From contig NC_042998.1 in the NCBI RefSeq assembly GCF_006345805.1, forward strand, positions 205,034,001 to 205,098,000: a stretch of DNA of 64,000 bases, written 5' to 3'. The number at the start of each line of letters is the position of its first letter. The first letter of the stretch is position 1. The notes beneath the pieces were generated by a model. The model did no database searches and had not been told where the DNA came from. It saw only the letters and a list, made by a program, of their open reading frames with translations. Made by a program: the position numbers and the translations under genes. Shown here in pieces: positions 1 through 12,039 of this stretch. The DNA is from Octopus sinensis. Its lineage: Eukaryota.

Positions 1-905
1 ATTTCCACTCAGCCTGTACGCTGCTCTGAAGAAGCGGGCATGTTCCACTTATCAAGCATCTTCTTCCGTATCTCCAAACGAGAAGCAATTCGTCTACAAG
101 GCCCTGCTCCAGGAATATCTCGTTCAGAATACATGCAATCTCGCCTGCAGTACCTGTCTTCATTTCCCTCCAAATGGCCATCCGACTTGGCCCACAGTTG
201 ACCATCACGAGATATTCCCCCTGCCGATAGTGTGTCACATCTACCATCAATCGTCTCCAATTGTGATCTATCGAGACACTTCCCTGCTCATGCACACCTG
301 GAGCAGGATCAATGGATTGACACCTATCACAATTTCCGACCACCTTTTGGATGTTCTGCCTAGTAACATTAAGCGTCAACCCTCCTGGCCAGATACAGGG
401 TTCTATCCACACCCATATGGTGCATGGCATGCGGTCTCCTTAGTTTTGAGTCATTTAACCGACACACTGTAGCTATCCCCTGCTCCGAATCTTCCGTCTC
501 CGCCAACCAGACCTTTTTCCCCCTGGTTAAAACATCTGCCTTGTTCCTTTCTGAAGGCACAAAAACCAGGCTCAGCTTCACATTCGATAGCCAGTTCCCC
601 TAGAATCCCTAGGCGGCACTTTACTATCATCTCTGCTACCCCTTTGGTTCGAACCCTCTTTTCGTTGCTGATCACTTATCCTATCCAGCCGAATCGGTTC
701 AATTGAGTGCAGCTCCCATATCAGGGCCAAATTCACCCGCTTCAGCACTGTATCCAACTCAGTCACATTGATATGGTTGTAATCATCAGCTTTTCGAAGC
801 CAGGCCGCGTCCTCCACTTTGACACCTCCGATTTCCAGTACAACCCCTATTGCTATGCTGCTAGAATCACACGACGACCGTCAGCTGAATGCCATAACCA
901 CTAAC
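1..905 (-). mobile_element. LTR retrotransposon (Ty3/gypsy-like) pol remnant: RNase H plus integrase, frameshifted
   Basis: Minus-strand pieces read DAAWLRKADDYNHINVTELDTVL (RNase H), FVPSERNKADVLTR, HAMHHMGVDRTLYLARR and CDRCQSIDPAP (integrase HHCC zinc finger), WRRLMVDVTH (integrase core start). They are split across frames. Confidence 0.85.
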
Positions 906-924
906 CCATTCACCTTCGCGCGCG

Positions 925-966
<42 letters not shown>
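925..966. repeat. (CA)n microsatellite
   Basis: Direct reading. Confidence 0.95.
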
Positions 967-967
<1 letters not shown>

Positions 968-1789
968 GCATAATTAATCATAGCAATGGTTTTCTTTTTT
1001 CAAAATTTCAATTCCTCCAAGATGGTAAGCTGGCAGAACCATTGCCATGCTGGACAGAATGTTCTGTGGATTTCGTACGTCTTTATGTTCTGACAATGGC
1101 ATCTAATGTATACACACTGCAGAAATGCAGACTGCAGCTCCCCCTATTTCCACTCAATATTTTCGATAACATTCAATATAATCAGTCCCTTTTTCCTTAA
1201 TTCTTTCTTTATACTTGTACATTATACAATCCTTAAGCTCAATGTCAGGAACCATCACCTAGATTATGAAAAAAATACAAAAATCCTTGTATAGAACTGT
1301 GCACTTCACAGTTCCAGCGACGCGGTGTTTGGCTGTTGTGCACATGCTCACATGTCCAAGATAGGAAGCTTCACACTAGGGAGAGAGAGCACTGCATGAA
1401 TGACAGTATTGGGTGAAAAGTAGTGTTTCTTTTTGACTTTGTATGTGTTGTGCTTAAAAACATGTTTATATTCTTGAATGTGATAAAGCGTAGAATTAGA
1501 TTATTATCCTGCTTCCAGCTTCAGTGTTGCTGCCAGGATGTGAAAAATAGGGCAGATTTTCACCCCTTATTTTGTGCTTTGGGGGTGATTTTGAAAAACA
1601 AGGGGGAATTCGCACCAGTGTTCAGTGAACAAATTAAACACACTACCTGGCAGTGGCTAAAACACAAAGCAAGCAGGTTTATGTTTAAGTTTTCTATTTA
1701 TATGTTTGTGTCATTTTATACAATATTAAAACAACTACAAATTTTCTGAAGCTGCAACCTCACCACTAATTTTATCTATGAGCTGCCAT

Positions 1790-1925
1790 TGGGTTCTGAT
1801 ATCAAATTCCACTGAAGTCGACTTTGCATTTCATCCTTCCAGGGTCGATGAAATAAGTACCATTTGCATGCTTACCCAAAATTACCCAAAATTCCAGGCC
1901 TTGTGACTAGATTACAAAGGAATAT
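1790..1925 (+). mobile_element. SINE family A, partial copy
   Basis: Shares GTCGACTTTGC(A/C)TTTCATCC..GGGTC.AT(G/A)AA(A/T)TAAG with copies at 9550, 13505, 36655 and 52625. Confidence 0.75.
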
Positions 1926-2589
1926 TCTAATTCATTCCACACACTCATTTATAAAACTGTATATCTTATTTACTGAATTCTCAGTGAATACGGTGCAGTT
2001 CATGTTGAAGAGGTTTCATAAGATGGAAACGTGTTGGAAATAATCCCTACATATTTGCCAGAATCATTTCCAAACTAAAGTCGTACAGCTAATATTGTTT
2101 CTACCTCACCATGTCATTATTTCTAATTAGACATTCAATAGTAGCCCAAGACTTAACTCATATATATGTATGTACTGGAATGCCTGAGCACGTACGGTCA
2201 GTGAGAAGAAATAATTGTTTTGAAAAGCAATAACCGTTCCGGAATGCCAAAATAGCAATGGCTGCTGTCGTTTCCAGATTTTTCTCTACTTCTGACGACA
2301 CGTCGACAACAGTCATTGTTATATACACACGTAAGAAGGAGAGCTTTATTTCACTTCTACAATAATAAGACGATAATAATAATAACAATAATAATAATAA
2401 TAATAATCGAATGACTGACTAAACACAAGGAGGAAAGAATGAAAGAATGAAAGAGGAGGAGGAGGAGGGAAAGTGACGAAGCTTTCTCATTAAAAATAAT
2501 TAGTTTGAATAAATGTTGTAAATGGGAAGCTTTACAAGAAACAGTTGCCCCCAGCTGGGCTGGAATTACATCTCCACCTTTCTGTCTGC

Positions 2590-3541
2590 ATAATGTATGT
2601 AAGGGATGGATGTGTGTATGTATGGATGTATGTATGTATGTATGGATGGATGGATGTATGGATGTATGTGTGTGTGTATGTATGTATGTATGTATGTATG
2701 TACGTATGTGTGTATGTGTGTATGTGTGTATGTATGTATGTATGTATGTGTGTTGTATGTATGTATGTATGTATGTATGTATGTATGTGTGTATGTGTGT
2801 ATGTGTGTATGTATGTATGTATGTGTGTATGTATGTATGTATTTATGTATGTATGTACGTATGTGTGTATGTGTGTATGTGTGTATGTGTGTATGTATGT
2901 GTGTATGTATGTATGTATGTGTGTATGTATGTATGTATGTATGTATGTCTGTATGTATGTATGTATGTATGTGTGTATGTATTTATGTATGTATGTATGT
3001 GTGTATGTATGTATGTATGTATGTGTGTATGTATGTATGTATGTGTGTATGTGTGTATGTATGTATGTATGTATGTGTGTATGTGTGTATGTGTGTATGT
3101 ATGTATGTGTGTGTGTATGTGTGTATGTATGTATGTATGTATGTGTGTATGTATGTATGTATGTATGTATGTGTGTATGTGTGTATGTATGTATGTATGT
3201 GTGTGTGTATGTATGTATGTATGTATGTGTGTGTATGTGTGTATGTGTGTATGTGTGTATGTATGTATGTGTGTATGTGTGTATGTATGTATGTATGTAT
3301 GTGTGTATGTGTGTATGTATGTATGTATGTATGTATGTATGTATGTATGTATGTATGTATGTGTGTATGTATGTATGTATGTATGTGTGTATGTATGTAT
3401 GTATGTGTGTGTATGTGTGTATGTGTGTATGTATGTATGTATGTGTGTATGTATGTATGTATATGTATGTATGTATGTATGTGTGTATGTATGTATGTAT
3501 GTATGTATTTATGTATGTATGTATGTGTGTATGTGTGTATG

Positions 3542-3573
<32 letters not shown>

Positions 3574-4630
3574 TGTGTGTATGTGTGTATGTGTGTATGT
3601 GTGTATGTACGTATGTGTGTATGTATGTATGTATGTATTATGTATGTATGTATGTATGTATGTGTGTATGTATGTATGTATGTATGTATGTATTTATGTA
3701 TGTGTGTATGTGTGTATGTGTGTATGTAGTATGTATGTATGTATGTATGTATGTGTGTATGTATGTATGTGTGTATGTATGTATGTGTGTATGTATGTAT
3801 GTATGTATGTATGTGTGTATGTATGTATGTATGTATGTATGTGTGTATGTGTGTATGTATGTGTGTATGTATGTATGTATGTATGTGTGTATGTATGTAT
3901 GTGTGTATGTGTGTATGTGTGTATGTGTGTATGTATGTATGTATGTATGTGTGTATGTATGTATGTATGTATGTATTTATGTATGTACGTATGTGTGTAT
4001 GTGTGTATGTGTGTATGTGTGTATGTGTGTATGTATGTGTGTATGTATGTATGTATGTGTGTATGTATGTATGTATGTATGTATGTGTGTATGTTTGTAT
4101 GTATGTATGTACGTATGTATGTATGTGTGTGTATGTATGTATGTGTGCATGTATGTATGTATGTATGTATGTATGTGTGTATGTATGTATGTATGTATGT
4201 ATGTATGTATGTATGTGTGTATGTGTGTATGTATGTATGTATGTATGTGTGTATGTATGTATGTGTGTATGTATGTATGTATGTGTGTATGTGTGTATGT
4301 ATGTATGTATGTGTGTATGTATGTATGTATGTATGTATTTATGTATGTATGTACGTATGTGTGTATGTGTGTATGTATGTATGTGTGTATGTATGTATGT
4401 ATGTATGTATGTATGTATGTATGTATGTATGTATGTGTATGTATGTATGTATGTATGTATGTATGTATGTATGTGTGTATGTATGTATGTGTGTATGTAT
4501 GTATGTATGTATGTATGTATTATGTATGTATGTATGTATGTATGTGTGTATGTGTGTATGTATGTATGCATGTATGTATGTATGTATGTATGTATGTATT
4601 TATGTATGTATGTATGTTTGTATGTATGTA
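2590..4630. repeat. ~2-kb compound (TATG/TGTG)n microsatellite
   Basis: Direct reading; rare TTTA and TACG variant units recur. Confidence 0.98.
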
Positions 4631-4669
4631 TTTATTTGTCTGTCTGACTGTCTTTACATGTACATACAT

Positions 4670-4677
4670 ATGTGTAT

Positions 4678-4755
<78 letters not shown>

Positions 4756-4855
4756 AAGAGAGAGAGAGTATATATGTGTGAATGTATATATAATATATAT
4801 AGCAAATAAGAAAATGGAGAAGCACAATAGTTGGTTCATCAACTTTAGGACATAT

Positions 4856-4909
<54 letters not shown>

Positions 4910-4910
4910 G
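4670..4910. repeat. (TA)n and (GA)n microsatellite cluster
   Basis: Direct reading. Confidence 0.9.
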
Positions 4911-4914
4911 GTAT

Positions 4915-5068
4915 GTAGAAAAATACAACATGGACAAGAACGTATAACTCATAGAAGACGATACAATAAACATGGACAGGACATTCGAACCCCTCAGTCT
5001 TCAGTCAAGAACCGGATCATCGTAGTAATTTCGGCTGATTAATCTTGAGATTACTAGATCACGGCCAT
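4915..5068 (-). mobile_element. Short dispersed repeat remnant, possibly a Penelope-like terminal repeat; related copy at 61650-61795
   Basis: Shared core TCAAGAACCGGATCATC...AATTTCGGCTGAT in both copies. Confidence 0.55.
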
Positions 5069-6340
5069 ATATATATATATATATATATATATACTTACAT
5101 GTATGTATGTATGTATATACACACGTATACGCACACATACACACGCAAACACACTCTTCCACACACACATACACCCACCCAGCCTCATTTCGATGGTTGC
5201 CATTATAGCCAAAGGAAAAAATACTGTTATAACAATGTATCCAAATTGGTCTGAGTAATAGAATACATTTAAATATGGGATTGTAATTGCAATACTTAAA
5301 TATCCCAGCGTTGTTCGCAATGTGTGTGTCCGTGTGTCCATGCACCTAGCTAAATAGGTGTCTGCGTTTATAAACGTAAATAGCTGTTGTAATCACAATA
5401 TGTCGCTAAATAGCGGTTTCAAATGACGATATTTGTTGTAATAAGTGTTTGTAATAACGAATATATCTAAGTCACTATATTTACAAAAGGTGACACTTTC
5501 TAATTGCAGCTCCCTTCAATTTTTTACCACTATGGCATATGGAGTGGTCCCCCTTGCTTATCTTGACAAGAATTATCCTTAATACTACTGATTTTCTTTT
5601 CATTTAGGGTGTAATTTTAACTGGTTAAATAATTCTTTTGTCTCCATAAATAATGCAGTTTTTTTATACTGCTATTATTTTTCAAAATTAAGATAAACAG
5701 AGTTCTTTTTTTATCTAAAATATCCTCTCCTTCATTTTCCACAATGCTCTTCCATCAATCTGATAGAAATGCAAATCCCGTCTTCCAAAGTTCCCTTGTC
5801 CCGGACTAAAATACTCCCCCAGTACTCTTCTGACCTTGTCTACAGAATTCATATTTTTTCCATCCAAATTAATTTGAATTCTGCAGAATAAATGATAATC
5901 AGATGGGGCAATGTCCAGCGAATATGTTGGGTGGGGCATCGTCTCCCATTCAAACTGCTCCCGGCCTTTGGAATGTCATCCTCGAACATTATCCTGATGG
6001 AAGAACACCTTTCGTCTTGGAACCAAAGAGGGTTGTTTTTCTTCAAGCACTGACTTTGGCTGTTTAAGCTCCTTGCAGGAGATCTCTTTTATTATCATTT
6101 GGTTTGGGTTTAAAAGTTCAAAATGGACTAAACCTTTCAAATCCCACCAAACAGGTAACAACACCTTACGTGGGTGAAGACCTTCTTTAGCCAGGGGTGC
6201 TGGTGTTTCTCCTTCCCCTACCCACTGTCTTCGGCAATGGACATTTTTGTAGAGAACCCATTTCTCGTCACCAGTCACTATTCAGTCCCCAAAAGGTTCA
6301 TTTGAGAGATGTGAGAGCAAAGAAGAACACACATTCTAAA

Positions 6341-6445
6341 TGTGTGGAATGTAAGGAATGTTTAGAATGTCAGGGATGTCAAGAATGTCTGGAATGTCGG
6401 GAATGTCAGGGATGTCAGGAATGCCTGGAATGTCTGGAATGACTG
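6341..6445. repeat. 9-bp minisatellite (GGAATGTCA-like), ~12 units
   Basis: ggaatgtaa, ggaatgttt, agaatgtca, gggatgtca, agaatgtct, ggaatgtcg... Confidence 0.9.
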
Positions 6446-8070
6446 GAATATCTGTCGGCACCCTCTTTGATCTCTGTCGGCATCATCTTTGATCTCTATC
6501 GCGACCCTCTTTGATCTCTGTCGGCACGATCTTTGATCACTGTCGGCACCCTATTTGATCTCTGTCGACGCCCTCTCTGAACTATTTCGGTACCGTCTTT
6601 GATCTCTGTCGGCACCCTCTTTGATCTCTGTCGGCACCCTCTTTGATCACTGTCGGCACCCTCTTTGATCTCTGTCGGCATCATCTTTGATCTCTATCGC
6701 GACCCTCTTTGATCTCTGTCGGCACGATCTTTGATCACTGTCGGCACCCTCTTTGATCTCTGTCGACGCCCTCTCTGAACTATTTCGGTACCGTCTTAGA
6801 TCTCTGTCGGCACCCTCTTTGATCTCTGTCGGCACGATCTTTGATCACTGTCGGCACCCTCTTTGATCTCTGTCGACGCCCTCTCTGAACTATTTCGGTA
6901 CCGTCTTTGATCTCTGTCGGCACCCTCTTTGATCTCTGTCGGCACCCTCTTTGATCTCTGTCGACGCCCTCTCTGAACTATTTCGGTACCGTCTTTGATC
7001 TCTGTCGGCACCCTCTTTGATCTCTGTCGGCACCCTCTTTGATCTCTGTCGACGCCCTCTCTGAACTATTTCGGTACCGTCTTTGATCTCTGTCGGCACC
7101 CTCTTTGATCTCTGTCGGCACCCTCTTTGATCTCTGTCGGCACCCTCTTTGATCTCTGTCGCCACCATCTTTGACCTCTGTCGGCACCCTCTTTGATTTC
7201 TGTTGGCAAGCTCTTTCACACATTTCGGCGCCCTTCTTTGATCTCTTTCGGCACCGTCTTTGATCTCTGTCGGCACGCTCTTTGATCACGATCGACAGGT
7301 TCTTTGATCTCTGTCAGCACCCTCTTTGATCTCTATCGGCACTCCTCTTTGATATCTGCCGGCACGCTCTTTCATCTCTATCGGAACCCTCTTTGATCTC
7401 TGTCGGTACGCTCTTTGATCACGATCGACAGGTTCTTTGATCTCTGTCGGCACCCTCTTTGATCTCTATCGGCACTCCTCTTTGATATCTGCCGGCACGC
7501 TCTTTCATCTCTATCGGAACCCTCTTTGATCTCTGTCGGCACCCTCTTTGATCTCTGTCGGCACCCTCTTTGATCTCTGTCGGCACGCTCTTTGATCTCT
7601 TCCGGCACCGTCTTTGATATCTGTCAGCACCCTCTTTGATCACTGTCGGCACGCTCTTTCATCTCTATCGGAACCCTCTTTGATCTCTGTCGGCACCGTC
7701 TTTGATCTCTGTCGGCGCCCTCTTTGATCTATGTCGGCACTCCTCTTTGATCTCTACCGGAACGCTCTTTCATCTCTGTCGGCACCCTCTTTGATCTATG
7801 TCGGTACCGTCTTTGATCTCTGCCGGCACCCTCTTTGATCTCTGTCGGCACTCCTGTTTAATCTCTACCGGAACGCTCTTTCATCTCTGTCGGCACCCTC
7901 TTCGATCTCTGTTGGCACTCCTCTTTAATCTCTACCGGAACGCTCTTTCATCTCTGCCGGCACCCTCTTCGATCTCTGTCGGCACCCTCTTTGATCTCTG
8001 TCAAAACTCCTCTTTGATATCTTTCTGCACCGTCTTTGATCTCTGTTTGCAGTCTCTTTGATCTCTGCTA
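6446..8070. repeat. 22-bp satellite (CCCTCTTTGATCTCTGTCGGCA), ~70 units, with higher-order blocks
   Basis: Unit read directly. Variant blocks recur at offset 198 bp (6481/6679) and ~131 bp (7290/7421). Confidence 0.97.
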
Positions 8071-8495
8071 GTTTCTCAACAGTTACAATGGGATTTTGCT
8101 CCACCAGGGTTTGCAAGATGTCCTCGTCGAGCTCTACGGATCTCTCAGGATGAGACTCGTCTTTTAGGCTGTAGTTTCCAACTCGAAATTTCTGGAACCA
8201 CCGTTGACACTTATGCCTATTGTCCGATCCCCATATACTGCATCAATATTCCTTGCACTTTCCGTCGTGTTGTTGTCTTTATTGAACTCAGAAAGCAAAA
8301 TGTGCTGAATATGCTCCTTTGTTACTTTCATTATAACTTTAAAAAAATAACTTTTAAAACCGAACGGCACTCTTCAAAATTTGCACTAAGAATAAGAACC
8401 AGGCAAAATTACTACCTGCTTCTGTAGCAAGTTGATGCAGGCAGTTTATCCTGTCCCCTTCCGACTTTTAGTTCATGCAACTGAAAAAACTGCAA

Positions 8496-9095
8496 TATTT
8501 CTAGGATGAGCCAATGCATTAGCTCCCACCACTTTATGTTATGTTCTTTATGCAGAAGAGGTCCACGAGATACATGCTTTTACATATTTTCCTTTTCCAA
8601 ATTAATCAATGAGTCTCCGTCTATTGTTTCAATCGTTCTAGTGTCTGTTAAGAAGGAAGGTTCTGGTAAATACTTCTACATAGCAGCACAACTTGCGAAA
8701 AATAGCAGCTAAATCTCTCTGAAATTATACTCTCAATACATGGTGTCTCATAATAAGGTGACACATTTTATTAGTAATTCAAAGATCGAGAGTTCTCACC
8801 AAAGCTTGTTCCAGTTCTAAATACTTGTTCGTTTTCCAGACATTGTTTTTTTTTCGTTTATCTTGGGAGGAAACAAAAAGTGAAAAAAAAGATTGTTAGG
8901 GGATGAATAGTTAGTACATATATACACACATACATACATCCGATAACCGATGCAGACTTTGTGGAGTTAAACCCGAAGATATCACCCACATCATAAGTAG
9001 TTGTCCTAAAATGTCATCATGGTATTATCAACCAATGAGACATGACATTGTAGTAGCTAGGACACTCTAGAATGAAATCCCTTGGAAGGATAACC
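8496..9095. repeat. ~600-bp segment duplicated in inverted orientation at 32944-33547
   Basis: Near-identical reverse-complement sequence; the ORF track gives the same peptide at 8506(+) and 33331(-). Confidence 0.95.
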
Positions 9096-9480
9096 CCGAG
9101 GACAAAGAAATAAGAACCCACAATATGGTTGAAGCCATAGCCACTCATAATGAAAAGGAGTGCTGGTGGAATGTCCCAGTGAAGACCTCAATAAAATGTA
9201 AGCACAACAGACCTGATGTAATGCTTTGGGACAGAGAAGAGAAACTGTGCACAGTTGTGGAAATCAGCTGCCCATCGGATGTTAACATAAAGCTGAAGAT
9301 CAGGGAAAAAGAGAACACCTATGCTGAACTATTGAGAATTCTGCAGTTACTCTATCCAGATTACAAGTCCAGGTTTATACATGTAATTATTGGGGCGCTG
9401 GGATATGTAACATACTGCCTAAAAACAAATCTTGAGAAATTAGGCTTTTCAAAAAGATCCAATCCATCACTGGAACTGTA
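8938..9480 (+). mobile_element. Non-LTR retrotransposon 3' fragment with restriction-like endonuclease (R4/Dong-like)
   Basis: DITHIISSCPKM..MRHDIV (zinc-knuckle end plus RHD), NRPDVMLWD..VVEISCP (PD..D/E-x-K-like) and IIGALG. Confidence 0.85.
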
Positions 9481-9549
9481 AAAATCTGTAAAATTTTCCA
9501 GAAATTTATCATTTAAATATATATGAGCATGTCTAGATATGTAGCACAC

Positions 9550-9730
9550 CAGACAAAATGCTTTGCGGCACTTGGTCCGTCTTCAGATTCTGAGTTCAAA
9601 TTCTGCTGAGGTCGACTTTGCCTTTCATCCTCTCGGGGTCAATAAATTAAGGACCAATGAAACACTGGGGTCTATATAATCGACTCGTTCCCCTCCCCCT
9701 AAAATTTCAGGCCTTGTGCCTTTAGTAGAA
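9550..9730 (+). mobile_element. SINE family A
   Basis: TTCTGAGTTCAAATTCTGCTGAGGTCGACTTTGCCTTTCATCC core. Confidence 0.85.
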
Positions 9731-9734
9731 AGGT

Positions 9735-10092
9735 TTATTATTATTATTAATGCATCTTTGTTCAATTTTGTTTCCAGTTCTTCTTCTTCTTCTTCTTCTT
9801 CTTCTTCTTCTTCTTCTTCTTCTTCTCTTCTTCTTCTTCTTTTCTTCTTCTTCTTCTTCTTCTTCTTGTTTTTGTTGTTACTGTTATTATTATTATTGTT
9901 ATTATTATCATCATTATCATTATTATTACTGTTGTTGTTGTTGCTGTTATTGTTATTATTATTATTGCTATTATCATTGTTGTTGCTATTATTATTATTG
10001 TTATTATTATTATCCTTATTGATAGTTTTGTTGCTGTTGTTATTGTTATTGCTATTATTGTTGTTGTTGTTATTATTATTATTATTGTTATT

Positions 10093-10127
<35 letters not shown>

Positions 10128-10339
10128 TCTTCTTGTTGTTATTATTATTATTGTAGTTGTTATTATTATTGTTATTGTTATTATTATTGTTGTTGTTGTT
10201 GTTATTATTGTCATTATCATCATCATCATCATTATTATTATTATTATTATTGTAGTTGTTATTATTATTGTTATTATTATTATTGTTATTAACATCCTCC
10301 TCCTCCTCCTCCTCCTCATCATCATCATCATCATCATTG

Positions 10340-10370
<31 letters not shown>

Positions 10371-10400
10371 CATCATCATCATCATCATTATTACTATTAT
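9735..10400. repeat. Compound trinucleotide microsatellite (TTC/TTA/TTG/TCA/TCC)
   Basis: Direct reading. Confidence 0.95.
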
Positions 10401-10817
10401 AGGAAGGAGAAAATAATGAACTGAATGATTGAATCGATTTGGTATATTATTAGTTCTCATTTTATTGATCTTGTGTCTATAGATTGTTGGGTTGTGTATT
10501 TATATCTGTCTGGATAATGAGGTACCGAACAGATGAGGTACCAAACCATGTCCACTTGAATTCACAGTAACATTCGCTTTCTGCTTTTGGCTCCCCAAAA
10601 CAGGTGAACCATCAATCGACTTGCTGGAAATAGCAGCTCTGTCTATTTCAATAACAGCCTAATATTTAAAAAAAAGATGGACATTTTAGTAAATGTCATC
10701 GTAGATAAATTATGCCTGAAAATAAGACGGGGTGGCCATAGATAACTGGAATGATTTAACCCAAGGTCAGTTTGATCGGAAGTAGCTTAGGGTTAAACAA
10801 CAACAGCAGCAACAACA

Positions 10818-11232
10818 GTGGAGGTGCAATGGCCCAATGGTTAGGGCAGTGGACTCGTGGTCGGAGGATCGCGGTTTCGATTCCCAGACCGGGCGTTGTG
10901 TGTGTTTATTAAGCGAAAACACCTAAAGCTCCACGAGGCTTCGGCAGGGGGTGGTGGCGACCCCTTTTGTACTCTTTCGCTCCAACTTTTTCTCACTCTT
11001 TCTTCCTGTTTCTTGTCCCCGACTTCCTACGCAACCGCTGAGCCTGGATGCGCATTCATCCATCCGTCGATGCTCTCGGTGTTGGGGGTTGACTTGCTTT
11101 CTCTTCTGCGGGTCTTACGAATAGCAAAGGACCACGTTTCGGACTTCTCCCACTACAGAGGCGCGATCTTGCGAGCTCTGGGACGAAGACCGCTTCGCTC
11201 AACAAACAAACAAGCAACAACAACAACAACAG
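10818..11232 (+). mobile_element. tRNA-derived SINE (~410 bp) with (AAC)n tail
   Basis: A-box TGGCCCAATGG (~10831) and B-box-like GGTTTCGATTCC (~10875); CAACAACAGT on both flanks is a possible TSD. Confidence 0.8.
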
Positions 11233-11639
11233 TAGTTTAGATACATTATTAGTAAATCGAAATATGAGGGTGAGTGGTCGTAACTGTTGCAGATGCGCCC
11301 TCTGGTGGACAAGGGTAACATTGTGAGGTTGGCATGATTGATTTGCTAATTGGAATTGATGCTTGCTGGGGAATATTGGAGTATGGAAATGAATTCCGAT
11401 GGGGAACAGTTCAAGAATGGTGGATTCCTTATTGTGGCTAGGATTAAGGAAAAACCCACAATGAAGATAACACAAAAAGAGAAAGTGTTTTGAGGATTGA
11501 AATGATACATAATTCACAATTTGAATGGAGCAGGAGCTGTTATAGTAGGGGTAGATGTGATTGTAGGAGTACACAATACTTCTGCGTACCACTGGCTTTT
11601 GACTGAAGGCTTGTTAACTAAATGAATGGCTTTGGGGAA

Positions 11640-11823
11640 ATTCTGTTCAGACAATCCGAATGTGGCCATTGCCAGTGCCGCCTGACTGGCTCCCATGTCA
11701 GTGGCACATAAAAAGCACTGCTACATTCTCGGAGCGGTTGGCATTAGGAAGGGCATCCAGCTGTAGAAACATTGACAGATCAGATTGGAGCCTGGAAAAG
11801 GATGTTAAGCGATGATGATGATG
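11640..11823 (+). mobile_element. Short copy of the RTE 3' tail module
   Basis: GGCACATAAAAAGCAC...GGCATTAGGAAGGGCATCCAGCTGTAGAAAC...GATGATGATG matches 61400-61645. Confidence 0.8.
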
Positions 11824-12039
11824 ACAGTCTATATATGTGTGTTTGAGTGTGTGCATGTGTGTGTGTGTGTATTAGTGTATGTATGTGAGTATGCATGTGT
11901 ATATGTTTTAAAGGGTGATGTGATGCATCTAAAACAGTTGTGTGTTGTTGGTTGGGGGTCAGTGCATCGCTACATTCCACCTACTTGTAACCCTTTTCTG
12001 CCACTGAATACTGGATGCAGCTCGATGTGTAAGCCTTCC

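Larger units (their letters stand above)
5632..8515 (-). mobile_element. Mariner (Tc1/mariner DD34D) element, defective, interrupted by satellite DNA
   Basis: N-terminus MKVTKEHIQHILLSEFNK...QTLVEQNPIVTVEKLAE (ATG at 8331 to ~8065). Resumes at ~6336 with NVCSSLL..IVTGDEKWVLY, WWDLKG, FHQDN and YSLDIAPSDYHLF. Degenerate TIRs at ~5632-5665 (CCATAAATAATGCAGTTTTTT) and ~8484-8515 (AAAAAACTGCAATATTTCTAGGATGAGCCAAT). Confidence 0.92.

Noticed and set aside
2505-4867. Long ORFs MYVC.../HTYI... (also all ORFs in 14576-22430, up to 2452 aa)
   Set aside because: Translations of stop-poor tetranucleotide repeats; not genes.
6330-6442. Cys-rich ECQGCQECLEC peptide resembling metallothionein
   Set aside because: It is the 9-bp minisatellite read antisense to a broken transposase; no gene structure.
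6446-8070. CRISPR-like regular repeat
   Set aside because: Units are contiguous with no unique spacers, no cas genes, and the context is eukaryotic.
6496-8116. ORFs with PTEIKEGADRDQRGCRQRSKRV repeats
   Set aside because: A 22-bp unit cycles through all three frames every 66 bp; artefact of the satellite.
9716-10460. Poly-Leu/Ile/Met ORFs resembling membrane proteins
   Set aside because: Trinucleotide microsatellite mosaic.
10818-10900. Functional tRNA genes (also 36960, 49725, 53075, 54375)
   Set aside because: A/B boxes present but no complete cloverleaf, and each continues into a SINE body.
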